DNA of 64,000 nt. Origin: the human T2T-CHM13v2.0 reference genome, Homo sapiens. The stretch is taken from assembly GCF_009914755.1 (NCBI RefSeq), contig NC_060929.1; one strand, written 5' to 3'. Shown in pieces: positions 18,481-32,568 of this stretch (positions within the stretch are counted from its first letter, which is position 1; each line of letters begins with the position of its first letter). The position numbers were made by a program, and so were the translations under genes. Under the pieces are notes generated by a model. The model ran no database searches, had not been told where the DNA came from, and saw only the letters and a program-made list of their open reading frames with translations.

Positions 18481-20838
18481 GGCAATCAACTTAGCACAGA
18501 GACTTAGAAATGATTGCAATGTCAGTTACAATGATATGAAGTGGAGAATATATTTTTGGATTGGCCTTTGAAATCCTTTAAACCATACCAAATGGCATTC
18601 TTTCATATGATTCTGACCCTGACTGCTTCAGTGAGAGAAAATTCAACCAAGTTGGCAATATAGTGAATTTTACTTGGCATGTGGCAAACAGAGTCTAGGG
18701 AATAAATAATATGTCACACTAGGCCTGCATTTTCCTCTCAATACCTTAGGAAAACACTTTTATAAACACAGTTCTACCTCTACCTGCTACTTTCACTTAG
18801 CATAAAGGTTAAAATATGAGATGTTTCACTTCATATATTGCACATTTCATTATTCTACATTATAAACTCAGTGAATTCTTTGGAGGTGATTTATTATGCA
18901 ATTTAATTTGATATTGAAAATCCTCCCAAAAACAATCTACAAACTTGCAAAGAATTTTAAGTAATACATCTTGTTTAATGTGTGTGCTGATTTACCCAGA
19001 CCATTGAAATAAAGTTTGTTTCATTTACCCAGACCATTGAAATAAAGGCATTTGATTGTTAGAAAAACTGTAAATAGTCCACAGTGTTTGGTATATTTCC
19101 GGATATTAAAACTTATTAAAACTATTGTTCAGCATGACTTGACACCACTGAGATTTGACAATGGGCCATATCTACATCAGAATAGCTCTGTGGATACAAG
19201 AGCAAAGGGAAATGTTATCCACCACAGCTGTTGTGCTGACCCCTACTGGCTAAGTTTAAGAAGAGTGAAAGAACAACTTTTTTCCTAAAGTGGACCTTTC
19301 CTGGATTAATTACTCACATCCAATCTTCATTACGTTTCATCTGTCATTCATCAGTAATAATTCCCTGTACAACACGGTTGAATGCATGTGAGCTTGTCAG
19401 CCTCATTTTGTATAATTAATGATGATTGGACATACGAATTTTAACAATTTTGAGACGTGTCTACTGACTGAGAATAATTTTTCTAACCTGCTCTGTTTCT
19501 ATTGAAACAATGTCTTATGTTTCTCTCAAGAGAAGCTTCAAAATTATGTATATATCCAGCAGGCACATGTAAGTATATGTGTCTGAGAGTCATATGTCCT
19601 GCAGATATAAAGCACTAAACCTGAAAATACACAAAAAGAAAAACCCTTTCTCAACCAAAGTACAACAGGACAGATTTTATATTATTTATTTTTAAAAGTA
19701 AGCCATGTTCAAATTAAATGTCAAGCATAATTTTGTATTTGAAATTTGAAATTTGTGATTATCCTTAGAGAAAAATCATAGAACACATGTCTTCTTGCCA
19801 AATTTGTATTTGCATAATAGTGAACTATGAGGTTATAGATCACTTTGTGGCAGAGTGCCAACCCATAAACTGCTTGGTAAGGCTACTAAAAACTTCAATC
19901 TGAAATGAATTTATTTCAGTTAGGAGTTTGAATCCTCTATAGAAAATAAAATGCACTGGAGTCTCTTAGTTCTTAAAAAAGAAAAGACGGAGAGAAAATA
20001 CGAAATTCTGTGTATTTCCACATTTCTTCCTTTAACTGCTACAGACATAAATGCAAAATGAATGTTGACATATTTGTTTAGCATCCCTGAACAGATTAAA
20101 CTGCTTTAGAAGTTCTTCTGTAATCAGGCTTGAAAAATAGAAACTAACATTCACATCCTTGGATAGATTAAATTGTTTCCAAAGTTTCTCATTAATCAGA
20201 CATGAAAAATTGTTTGTAAACGTAGAAGTAGGTCCTTTGAAAAGTACTCAAAATTTTTCTTGCGACAAAATTTTTGCAATTTCACTATATAATGCTATTT
20301 TTGTCGTATACGTATTAGAAATATGTATACCTGTATCACTTGTCTGTGTCCTTTATTGGCGAGTTGCTAAATAGCAAAAGATTTTGATCCATTGTGGAGT
20401 ACAGTGTGTGTATAAAAAGAACACTGGGTCTGAATTGTGAAGCTGACTGCCAATTACTTATGATGTGTCTTTGGGCAAAGAAAATAGAAAGAAAATATAA
20501 TTTTTTTAAAGTTTGGACTTCTTTCCAAGTGAATTCCAAGTACTTGAGTGTTCTTCTTCATAATAAGTCTGTAAGTTTAACAGTGCAGCACACATTTTAG
20601 GAATGAGGAAACTAAATCCTGGAGATATTAATGGACTTGTGTGATTCAGTATAGCTAGTAAGTAGTGCAGTTAACATTATATATTAGAACTATCTCACAC
20701 CAAACTTCCTGTCCCTCTTAGGCTATGATGTCTTTCTTATCCTGCTTTTCTCCTTTGTTAAAAGAAGGAATTGGGCTATATTATCATTATTTTTATATTT
20801 TCTATAGCTCTCGTGTACATGGGTCTGTGTTTGGGGAT

Positions 20839-21165
20839 TTTTGTTTGTTTGTTTGGGTTTTTTTTTTTTCTTTTCTTTGACAAGGTCTTGCTCTGTTGCC
20901 TAGGCTGGAGTGCAGTGGCGCAATCATGGCTCACTACAGCCTGGAACTCCTGGGCTCAAGTGATCTTTTGCCTCAGTATTCTGAATAGCTGGGACTGCAT
21001 GCTCATGCCATCATACCTGGCTAGTTTTTTCTTTTTCATTTTTCTTATGTAGAAACAGTCTCACTATGTTGACAAGGCTGGCTTTGAACTCCTGGCCTCA
21101 AGCAATCCTGCCATCTTGGCCTCCCAAAATGCTGGAATTACAGGCATGAGCCACCACGCTGAGCC
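20839..21165 (-). mobile_element. AluJ
   Basis: gacaaggtcttgctctgttgcctaggctggagtgcagtggcgcaatcatggctcactacagcctggaactcctgggctcaag. Confidence 0.92.
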
Positions 21166-21904
21166 TATGATTCGATTCAGTCTCCCGTTTCCAAATAAAG
21201 GCATATTACCTGAGTATTATATAATACACAGAATTCATTGTGTCACTTTCACTTCATCTTCCATTCAAATTCTCTAAATTCTTGCTGAGCAGGCTCTGAC
21301 AGATGGGATAAGGAATGATTCCTCTATTGTAGAAACTGATAGTATTCCAGTAGTGTGAGCTCTTGACTTTATTTCCATCACTCAGCCAATGAATATCAAT
21401 GATTCTTGAACTTTGCTATATACCATGGCAGGCAATAAAGACATATGCACCACCAGATTTTTATTTGACTTGATAAACTTACGCTGTACATTTCAAGATA
21501 TTTTACAGTGACCACCAGTAGTTCCCTTAAAAGTCCTGTCATTCACGTATTATTCTTTCTAAAATGGTATGACATTGAGTTGTTTCAATTGCCAAATAGT
21601 AATTAGGAAAGAATATAGTCTCTCACTTTCAGGGAATTTTTTAAATGAAAAATGCATGTAAATAATTTTAATTTCTATTTGCTTTTCCTCACATGCCAAA
21701 AATTATTAGATTTATCTTAGGCATTTAGAAAGGCTTATAGTGTGCGTTTCAATATGAATTTAATATGGCATAAGCAAAACTCTGAGCTTTATTTCAAAAA
21801 GAGAAATGTATTAAAGAGCAGCTGGAATAGTCAAATAAGAGGTGAAACTATTAAGTCAAATGTCTCATGACAGAAACAATGCCAAAAATATTAATATGGA
21901 CAGA

Positions 21905-24900
21905 TTTTAATTTTAACTATGATGGAGCAATTGGAATGTCTTACCTGCATAAACACTGTAAACCTGGACAAAATCTATGCAGACAGTATACTCAGATATG
22001 GAATAATAGGCAGCTTATGAAGGAGATCCTTAAGAAGTGTGAAATGCACAAGACGTATTCAACTTTCATGGCTGCTTTTTAGGTGGAGAAAGTTTCCAAA
22101 TAAACAGAAACCAAGGATCCCATCGACTAGAGAAAATAGAAATCAAAATTTGGGGCCATTGAGGGTGTTAGAATCTGTAGGACAGTATAGTGGAGACAAG
22201 AAATCCATTCAGAGAAAAAATCTTAAAAATTGGCATAAGGTTACACTTAAGTCTTTAGCCAGTGACTCATGTGCACGTGAAACACTACAAGACAGGACGG
22301 AGAACAGCTACTGAAGGTCTGTGAACTGAAAATAATAAACAAATAAATAAATATGCATTGCTGGAAGACATTGGTTTTCAGACTATCGAGACTGGAAAAA
22401 AGCCTTTCTAAACTCACCAAGGATTCAGTCTATTCTATAGGAAGGTCAAACCTCACCAGTAAGTCTAGTTTAAACTCAGTCTAAAAAGGCTTAAAGTCAC
22501 TCTTCAACAGGATAAATCTGTACAACTCAGTAACTGTTAAAGAAATAAAACATAATTTATACTCTGAAAATATAGTATCCACAAGATTGAGACTATCACT
22601 ATAATAACTATACTGCACTCCCCCAAAAGAAAAGATGAACCATCATTATGAGAAAAAGTAGTCAGTGGAAATAGTCTCAGACATCCTGTGTATGTTAGAA
22701 TGACCTGCCAAGAACTTTAAAACAGCTATTATTAAAATGTTCAATGTTATAATGAAAAAGTATACAAAATAAATGACCAATGGAGAAGCTCAACAGATAA
22801 ATGAAAAATACAAAACAGTACCAAATAACCATTCAACAACCAAGAATTAAAATATCTAAAATGAAAATTTTTCTGTGCAGCGCCAGTCAAGATTAGATAG
22901 TGCACAAGAAATAATTCAGTAAGCTTAAAGACAGATCAGAAGACATGAAATATACATAAGAACAGAAAGGAAAAATACTAGAAAATAGATGTATGCATCT
23001 GTGAATTATAGGAAAAACAATTATGCTATCTACTGTGTATGTAATTGAAGAAGCAGAAAGAAAATAGGGATCTTCCAAATCTGGTAAAATATACAATACA
23101 GTCCCAAAAAGCATATTGTATACTATGAAAAAAAGAGAATAAATAAGACCTACTATTTGATAGCACAGTAGTGTAACTATAGTCAATAATAACCTAATTG
23201 TATATTTTAAATAAGTTAAAGAATGTAACTGGATTGTTTGGAACTCAAAGAATAAATGCCTGGGGGGAGGGCTCTCCCATTCCCTATGATGTGCTTATTT
23301 CACATTGCATGCCTACATCAAAACATCTCATGCACCCCATAGATATATACACCTACTATGTACCCACAGAAATTTTAAAAAATAATAAATGTTTTTTTTT
23401 AAAAAGGAAATCTAACTCTGGTCAAATTTTCAAAAATCAAAGACAATGAGGAAATATTAAAAGCAGACAGAGAATAAAAGGAAGATTTTATATATAGGAG
23501 AAAAATTAAAATACTAATATTTGACTTCTTATTAGATACATCATAAATCAGAAGGCAATGGAATGACCATTTTAAAGGATCAAAGAGAAAAAAGCCACAT
23601 AGAAATCTCAACCTATGGGCCATAGCCTTTAAAAATACAGTAAAACAAAGACTTCATATAAACTAAAGGTAAGAAAATTTAAGACAACAGTATTAAGAAA
23701 TTGTTAAGCTTCTTCATCATTCCTCAAGTTGAGTAAAATGATATGAGAAGAAACTGCAGGTCTACTTGAAAGGATAAAAAACACAGGAAACCATAAATAT
23801 GTGGATAAGAAAAAAGGCTTATTTTTAAAAATTATACCTGTCCGAATGGCAAGCGTTTTTGATTTAAAACGTTATGTAAAATAAACATATATGTCAATAG
23901 TATCCTGAAGAACTGGATGGCGACAAATGGAAGTATACTGCTCTGCTGTATATAAAAACATAAAAGTTAAACACTAAAGCTTCTAAATCAAAACACTAGG
24001 GGGGCAGTATTTCTTATGAAAAAATAAACAATGGATGATTAAAAAAATACATAAACTTAATTTCTGCCTCACGATGATGTATGGGGCAGAAGTTAAAATT
24101 ATTTCTTATTAATTAAGAAAATTAAAAAGCAAGCCAGAACTGGCAGAAAATATTATTGAAACATATATGTGAAAAACTTCTGTCTAGAATATAGGACTAA
24201 CTCTTACAATTTAATTGTAAGTAGAGAAGCAACTCATCTCTGTGTGTTTTTTTTTCCATGTGCAAAATATTTGAACAGAAACTTTAAAAAGATAGATATA
24301 AAAATGGCAGCTAAGCACATGATAGCGTGCCCAACTTCATTAATCATCAGAGAAATGCAAATTAAAACCACATGGAGATAGCATTAAACACCCTTTAGGG
24401 TGGATTATATTAAAAGATTGACCACACCAAGTGTTTGAGAGAATGTGGACAACTGAAACTAATGGAGATTTACAATAATATAACCAATCAAAATGGAAGA
24501 TGGTATAGTCACTTTGGCAAACATTTAGTCATTTTCCTATCAGTTTAAATATATGCTCACCATTGACCCAGCCATTGCATTCTTAGATATTTTTTTCAAA
24601 AAGAAACAAAAACATATCTCTACATGAATTGTACATAAATTAAATACATAACTTGTATGTGAATAGTAATATCAGATGTATTCTTACTAACCCAAGCTGG
24701 AAAATAGTAACTACACATAGTAACATGAAAAAATAAATTCTATATTACTCTAATGGAATACAGTACAATAGTGATTACTTAGTTATTACAATGTGTAAAA
24801 ATATGATGTTCTTACAAACATAAATTGAGTGAAAGACATATATTTCTTCCTTGTATAAACTGTATGATTACACTTATTCTAAACTGCCTATGGTGTGAGA

Positions 24901-25095
24901 AGTCAGGAGGCTGGTTATCTTTCTAAGGGACAGTTACACATGGGCCATTGTGGCATTTCTGGAGTTCCAATAATATGGGGATTAATTATTAGGTGCTTTA
25001 TTTACTTTGTAAAATATTAATTGTGCTGTAAACCTATGATGTTTTGCTCTTTTTTTGCCTTGATGTTATTTTCAAAAACTTGCACTGAAAAGTTA
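21905..25095 (+). mobile_element. Highly decayed old L1 (L1ME-like): 5'/ORF1 pieces ~21905-23960, ORF2 tail and 3' UTR ~24090-25095
   Basis: gaactttaaaacagctattattaaaatgttcaa (old ORF1); cattaatcatcagagaaatgcaaattaaaaccaca (ORF2 tail, [10 protein letters not shown]). Confidence 0.65.
23128..23389 (+). mobile_element. L1MA2-like 3' terminus nested in the older L1
   Basis: aataagacctactatttgatagcac...cacattgcatgcctacatcaaaacatctcatg...cctactatgtacccaca plus an A-rich tail. Confidence 0.8.
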
Positions 25096-27053
25096 AACAA
25101 TTACAGAAAGAGAACAGAGATGGTCATATGAGCTTGAAGTAAAACTGAGATTTAATCTGGCTTTGGAAAGCTGATTAGAATTACACTACTCCACATATTT
25201 TTACACCACTTGCCATAATTTTGCATACGACATCTAATACAATGCTTGGAAAATTGTAGGCATGCAATGAATCTTGTTTGAATATGAAATTCTAAGGGAA
25301 TGAGTGCGTGACTACCATACATAAAACGAAGAGCATGGATTGGATCATCATGGCCAACGGGAGGCAGGACTAGATTGCCAATCTGACTTGGATGGACAGA
25401 GCAGCGGTGCAGAGGAGCGCATCGTGGATTTTACCTCCAGGTCAACTGCAAGAACGAACCAGGAATCCCAGGAAGAACCACAGACCCTCTGAAGGAAGTG
25501 GACTGCTCATGCAGAACCCTGGAAACACCCCAAATACTGTGAATGCCCCAACTGCGGAAGTGGGAAACAGAGATCCTCCTCTCCCGAACACACATCCCCA
25601 CTGGGGAAGCTGAAGCTCCGTTTGGGAAAGAAGTTTCGACCTTACCTGGAGGTGATTCAATCTAGAGAGCAGAGCGAAATACAGGAGTGGAGAACGCAGC
25701 GGGAAAACCCTGGAAGCTCTCTATGTCCCCAAGCAGGCCATTCCTGCCTGGCACCACAGGGATCCTTCTGGAGGATGGCCAGAGGAGCAGAGAAAAACGC
25801 CATAGGGAGAGGAGGAAATCTCTAGCTGAACTTTGTAGCAATTTGAACTGGGTGAGAAGCCTCCTTACCAGAACTCAGAGGAGTGCACGAATCCAGTGTG
25901 CAGTCTTCACAGGTGGGGGAAGAACCTAGGCGGGTAGCCTGGGGCAAGTTCTCAAGCCTGGCTTGCCTACCGCCTGGAAACAAACTCCGAGCTGTTGGAG
26001 CGGGGGGCATGGTGGGAGTGAGACTGGCTCTTTAGTTTACGTGGGAGCTGGGTGAGGCCTATGACTGCCAGGTTTCCCCCACTTCCCTGACAACCTGCAT
26101 GACTCAGCAGAGGCAGTCATAATCCACCTAGATACACAACTCCATTGGCCTGGGAACCTTATCCCCATCTCCCACAGCAGCCACAGCAAGACCCACCCAA
26201 GGAAAGTCTGAGCTCAGACACGCCTAGCCCTGCCTCCACCTCATGGGCCTTCCCCTATCCACCCTGGTAGCTGAAGACAAAGGGCATATAATCTTGGGAT
26301 TTCTAGGGCCCTGCCCACCACCAGTTCCTCTTCATATTACCACAGCCGGTGCTCTCTGGAAAGCGCCACTTCCTGATAGGAGACCAACCAGCATAAAATT
26401 AGTGCATTAAATCACCAAAGCTAAGAACACTCACAGAGTCCATTTCACCCCCTGCCACCTCCACTGGAACAGGTGCTGGTATCCATGGCTGAGAGACCTA
26501 TAGATGGTTCACATCACAGGACTCTATGCAGACAACCCCCAGTACCAGCTTGGGGCTGGATAGACTTGCTGGGTGGCTAGACCCAGAAGAGATATAACAA
26601 TCACTGCAGCTCGGCTCACAGGAAGCCACATCCATAGGGAAAGGGGGAGAGTACTGCATCAAGGGAACACCCTGTGGGACAAAAGAATCTGAAAAATAGC
26701 CTTCAGCCCTAGGCCTTCCCTCTGACAGAGGCTGCCCAAATGAGAAGGAATAAGAAAACCAGCTCTAGTAATATGACAAAACAAGGCTCTTTAGCACCCC
26801 CCAAAAATCACACTAGTTCACTAGCAATGGATCCGAACCAAGAAGAAATCCCTGATTTACCTGAAAAAGAATTCAGGAGGTTAGTTACTAAGCTAATCAG
26901 GGAGACACTAGAGAAGGGTGAAGCCCAATGCAAGGAAATCCAAAAAATGATGCAAGAAGTGAGGGGAGAAATATTCAAGAAAATAGATAGCTTAAAGAAA
27001 AAAAAATTAAAAATTCAGGAAACATTGGACACACTTAAAGGAATGCAAAATGC

Positions 27054-27375
<322 letters not shown>

Positions 27376-27897
27376 TCAGCAATAGGCTTTAACAAATCGA
27401 AGAAAGAAATTCAGAGCTTGAAGACAAGGTCTTCAAGTTAACCCAATCCGACAAAGACAAAAAAAAAATAAGAAAATATGAACAAAGCCTCCAAGAAACC
27501 TGCGATTATGTTACTTGACCAAAACTAAGAATAATCAGTGTTCCTGAGGAAGAAGAGAAATCTAAAATTTGGAAAACATATTTTGGGGAATAACTGAGGA
27601 AAACTTCCCCAGCCTTGCTAGAGACTTAGACATCCAAATACAAGAAGCACAAAGAACACCTGGGAAATTCATCACAAAAAGATCATCACCTAGGCACGTT
27701 GTCATCAAGTTATCTAAAGACAAGACGAAGGAAAGAATCTTTAGAGCTGTGAGACAAAAGCACCAGGTAACCCATAAGGAAAACCTATCAGATTGACATT
27801 AGATTTCTCAGCAGAAACCCTACAAGCTAGAAGGGATTGGGGCCCTATCTTCAGCCTCCTCAAACAAAACAATTATCAGTCAATGATTTTGTATCCA

Positions 27898-28202
27898 GGC
27901 TGGGTGCGGTGGCTCACACTTGTAATCCTAGCACTTTGGAAGGCTGAGACAGGCAGATCACGAGGTCAAAAGTTTGAGACCAGCCTGGCCAACACAGTGA
28001 AACCCCATCTGTACCAAAAATATAAAACTTAGCTGGGCATGGTGGTGGGCACCTATAATCCCAGCTATGTGGAGGCTGAGGCAGGAGAATAACTTGATCC
28101 CAGGAGGCAGAGGTTGCAGTGAGCAGAGATTGTGCCCCTGCACTCCAGCCTGGATGACAGAGCGAGACTCCATCTCAAAAAAAAAAAAAAAAAAAAAAAA
28201 AA
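27898..28202 (+). mobile_element. AluSg-like in L1 ORF1
   Basis: Long poly-A; tgtatcca repeated on both sides. Confidence 0.93.
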
Positions 28203-28469
28203 GGTTTCTGTATCCAGTGAAACTAAGCATCATATATGAAGGAAAGATGCAGTCCTTTTCTGCCAAACAAGTGCTGAGAGAATTCACCCCTACCAAGCCA
28301 CCACTACAACAACTCCTAAAAGAAGCTCTAAATCTTGAAACAAATCCTGGAAACACATCAAAACAGAATCTCTTTAAAGCATAAATCACATAGAAACTAT
28401 AAAAGAAAAATACAAGTTAAAAGGAAAAACAAACAAAGAAAACAAGGTACACAGGTAACAAATAGCAGT

Positions 28470-31400
28470 ATGAATGCAAGGGTACCTCACCTCTCAATAC
28501 TAATATTGAATGTAAATGGCCTAAATGCTCCACTTAAAAAATACAGAATTGCAGAATGAATAAGAACTCACCAACCAATTCTCTGCTGCCTTCAGGAGAA
28601 GGACTGACATAAGGATATAAAAACCCACATAAAGTAAAGGGGTGGAAAAAGGCATTTCATGCAAATGGACACCAAAAGCAAGCAGGGGTAGCTATTCTTA
28701 TAGCAGACAAAACAAACTTTAATGCAGCAACAGTTAAAAGCGACAAAAAGGGTCACCATATAATGGTAAAAGACCTTGTCCAACAGGAAAATATCACAAT
28801 TCTAAACATACATGCACCTAACACTGGAGCTCCCAAATTTATAAAACAGTTACTAATGACCTAAGAAATGAGATAGACAGCAACACAATAATAGTGAGGG
28901 ACTTCAGTACTCCACTGATACTGCTAAACCGATCATCAAGATGGAAAGTCAACAAAGAAACAATGGATTTAAGCTATACATTGGAACAAATGGACTTAAC
29001 AGATGTATACAGGACATTTCATCCAACAACCAGAGAATACACATTCTATTCAACAGCGCATGGAACTTTCTGCAAGGCAGACCACATTATAGGCCACAAA
29101 ACGAGCCTCAATAAATTTAATAAAATTGAAATTATATCAAGCACTCTCTCAGACCACAGTGGAATAAAACTGGAAATCAACTCTATTTCATCCAACAACC
29201 AGAGAATACACATTCTATTCAACAATGCATGGAACTTTCTGCAAGATAGACCATAAGATAGGCCACAAAATGAGCCTCAATAAATTTAAGAAAATTGAAA
29301 TTATATAAAGCACTCTCAGACCACAGTGGAATAAAACTGGAAATCAACTCCAAAAGGAAAACCATGCAAATACATGGAAATAAAGTAACCTGCTCCTGAA
29401 TGAGCATTGAGTCATAAATGAAATCAAGATGGAAATTAAAAAATTCTTCGAACTCAACAACAATAATGACACAACCCATCAAAACCTCTGGGATACAGCA
29501 AAGGTGGGGCTAAGAAGAAAGTTCATAGCCCTCAACACCTACATCAAAAAGAATGAAAGAGCACAAACTGACAATCTAAGGTCACACCTCAAGGAACTAT
29601 AGAAACAAGAACAAACCAAAACCAAACCCAGCAGAAGAAAGGAAATAACCAAGATCAGCGCACAACTAAATGAAATTTAAACAAACAAACAAACAAAAAA
29701 AAAACAAAAGATAAATGAAACAAAAAGCTTGTTATTTGAAAAGATAAATAAAATTCATAGGCCATTAGCAAGTTTAACCAAGAAAAGAGAGAAAATCCAA
29801 ACAACCTCATTAAAAAATGAAACAGGAGATATTACAACTGACAGCACTGAAACACAAAACCATTTAAGATTACTATGAACACCTTTATGTGCATAAACTA
29901 GACAACCTAGTAGAGATGGATAAATTCCTGGAAAAATACAACCCTCCTAGCTTGAATCAAGAAGAATTAGATACCCTGAACATACCAATAACAAGCAACA
30001 AGATTGAAATGGTAATTTAAAATTTTAAAAATTTCCAACAAGAAAGTCCAGGACCAGAAGGATTCACAGCAGAATTCTACTAGATGTTCAAAGAAGAATT
30101 GGTACCAATCCTTTTGACACTATTCCACAACACAGAGAAAGAGAGAAACCTCCCTAATTCATGCTATGAAGCCTGCATCACTCTACTACCTAAACCAGGA
30201 AAGGCCATAACTAAAAAAGAAAACTGCAGACCAATATCCTTGATGAACACAGATGCTGAAATTTTTAATGAAATACTAGCTAACTGAACCCAACAACATA
30301 TCAAAAAGATAATCCACCATAATCAAGTGGGTATCATACCAGGGATGCAGGGATGGTTTAACATCCACAAGTCAATAAATATGATACACCACATAAACGG
30401 AATTAAAAACAAAAAACACATGATCATCTCCATAGATGCAGAAAAAGCATTTGACAAAATCCAGCATCCATTTATGATTAAAAGTCTGAGCAAAATCCAC
30501 ATAGAAGGGCTATACCTCAATGTAATAAAATCTATCTCTGACAAACCCACAGCCAACATAATACTGAATGGGGAAAAGTTGAAAGCATTCACTATGAGAA
30601 CTGGAACAAGACAAGGATGCCCCCTCTTCGTCTTCAACATAGTACCAGAAGTCCTAGGCAGAGCAATCAGACAAGAGAAAGAAATAAAGGACATCCACAT
30701 CGGTAAAGAGGAAGTGAAACTGTCATTGTTTGCTGACGATATGATCGTTTACCTTGGAAATCCTAAAGACTCCTCCAGAAAGCTCCTAGAACTGATGAAA
30801 GAGTTCAGGAAGATTTCCAGATACAAGATTAACGTACACAAATCAGTAGGTCTTCTATACAAGAGCAACCAAGTGGAGAATCAAATCAAGAAATCAACCC
30901 CTTTTAAAATAGCTACAAAAATAATAATAATACTTAAGAATATACCTAACCAAGGAGACAAAGACCTCTACAAGTAAAACTACAGAACACTGCTGAAGAA
31001 ATCACAGATGATACAAACAAATGGAAACACATCCCATGCTCATGGATGGGTAGCATCAATATTGTGAACATTACCATGCTGCCAAAAGCAATCTACAAAT
31101 TCAATGCTATCCCCATCAAAATACCACCATCAGTCTTCACAGAATTAGAACAAACAATTCTAAAATCCATACTGAACCAAAAAAAAAGAGCCTGCATAGC
31201 CAAAGCAAGACTAAGCAAAAAGAACAAATCTGGAGGCATCACACTACTTGATTTCAAACTACACTATAAGGCCATATTCACCAAAACAGCATGGTACTGG
31301 TATAAAAATAGGCACATAGACCAATGGAACAGAACAGAGAACCCAGAAATAAACCTAAACACTTACAGCCAACTTATCTTCAACAAAGCAAACAAAAACC

Positions 31401-32290
31401 ATAAAGTTGGGAAAGGACACACCATTCAACAAATGGGATAATTGGCTAGCCACATGTAGGAGAATGAAACTGGATCCTCATCTCTCACCTTATACAAAAA
31501 TCAACTCAAAATGGATTAAGGACACAAAGCTAAGACCTGAAACTATAAAAATTCTAGAAGATAACATTGGAAAAACCCTCTTAGACATTGGCTTAGGCAA
31601 GGATTTCATGACCAAGAACCCAAAAGCAAATGCAATAAAAATAAAGATGAATGGTTGGAACTTAACTAAAGAACTTTTGCACAGCAAAAGGAACAGTCAT
31701 CAGAGTAAACAGACAACCCACAGAGTGGGAGAATATCTTCACAATCTATACATCTGACAAAGGACTAATATCTAGAATCTACAATGAACTCAAATCTGCA
31801 AAAAAAAAAAACAAAAAAAAAATCCCATCATAAAGCAGGCTAAGGACATGAATAGACAGTTCTCAAAAGAAGATATACAAATGGCCAAAAAACATATGAA
31901 AAAATGCTCAACATCACTAATGATCAGGTAAATGCAAATGAAAACCACAATGCAATACCACTTTACTCCTGCAAGAATGGCCATAATCAAAAAATCAAGA
32001 AACAGTAGATGTTGACATGGATGCGGTGATCAGGAAACACTTCTACACTGCTGTTGGGAATGTTAACTAGTACAGCCAGTAGGGAAAACAGTGTGGAGAT
32101 TCCTTAAACAGCTAAAAGTAGAACTACCATTTAATCCAGCAATCCCACTACTGGGTATCTACCCAGAGGAAAATAAGTCATTATACGAAAAGATACTTGC
32201 ACATGCATGTTTATAGCAGCACAATTCACAATTGCAAAATCGTGGAACCATACCAAATGCCCATTAATCAAAGAGTGGATAAAGAAAACT

Positions 32291-32368
<78 letters not shown>

Positions 32369-32568
32369 TACACACAATGGAATACTGTGATATATCACAG
32401 TTTTGATATATGTATATACACACAATGGAATACTGCTCAGCCATAAAAAGGAATGAATTAACAGCATTTGCAGCAACCTGGATGAGACTGGAGACTATTT
32501 TTCAAAGTGAAGTAACTCAGGAATGGAAAACCAAACATTGTATGTTCTCACTGATACGTGGGAGCTAA
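28470..32568 (+). pseudogene. Disrupted L1 ORF2 (APE endonuclease, reverse transcriptase, C-terminal domain)
   Basis: LNVNGLN, SDHSGIKLEIN (EN); [29 protein letters not shown] (RT); many stops and frameshifts. Confidence 0.92.
32294..32375. repeat. (AT)n(AC)n compound microsatellite inside the L1
   Basis: Directly visible. Confidence 0.95.

Noticed and set aside
18990-19047. Mini CRISPR-like repeat
   Set aside because: Only two units with an 8-bp spacer, in a eukaryotic context.
20030-20235. 72-bp period as a 24-codon leucine-rich-repeat exon (open minus-strand frame FSCLINEKLWKQFNL / FSSLITEELLKQFNL)
   Set aside because: No LxxLxLxxN pattern, no convincing splice sites, and no recognisable protein.
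30327-30977. 216-aa reverse transcriptase ORF as a functional gene
   Set aside because: Fragment of a multiply disrupted L1 ORF2.
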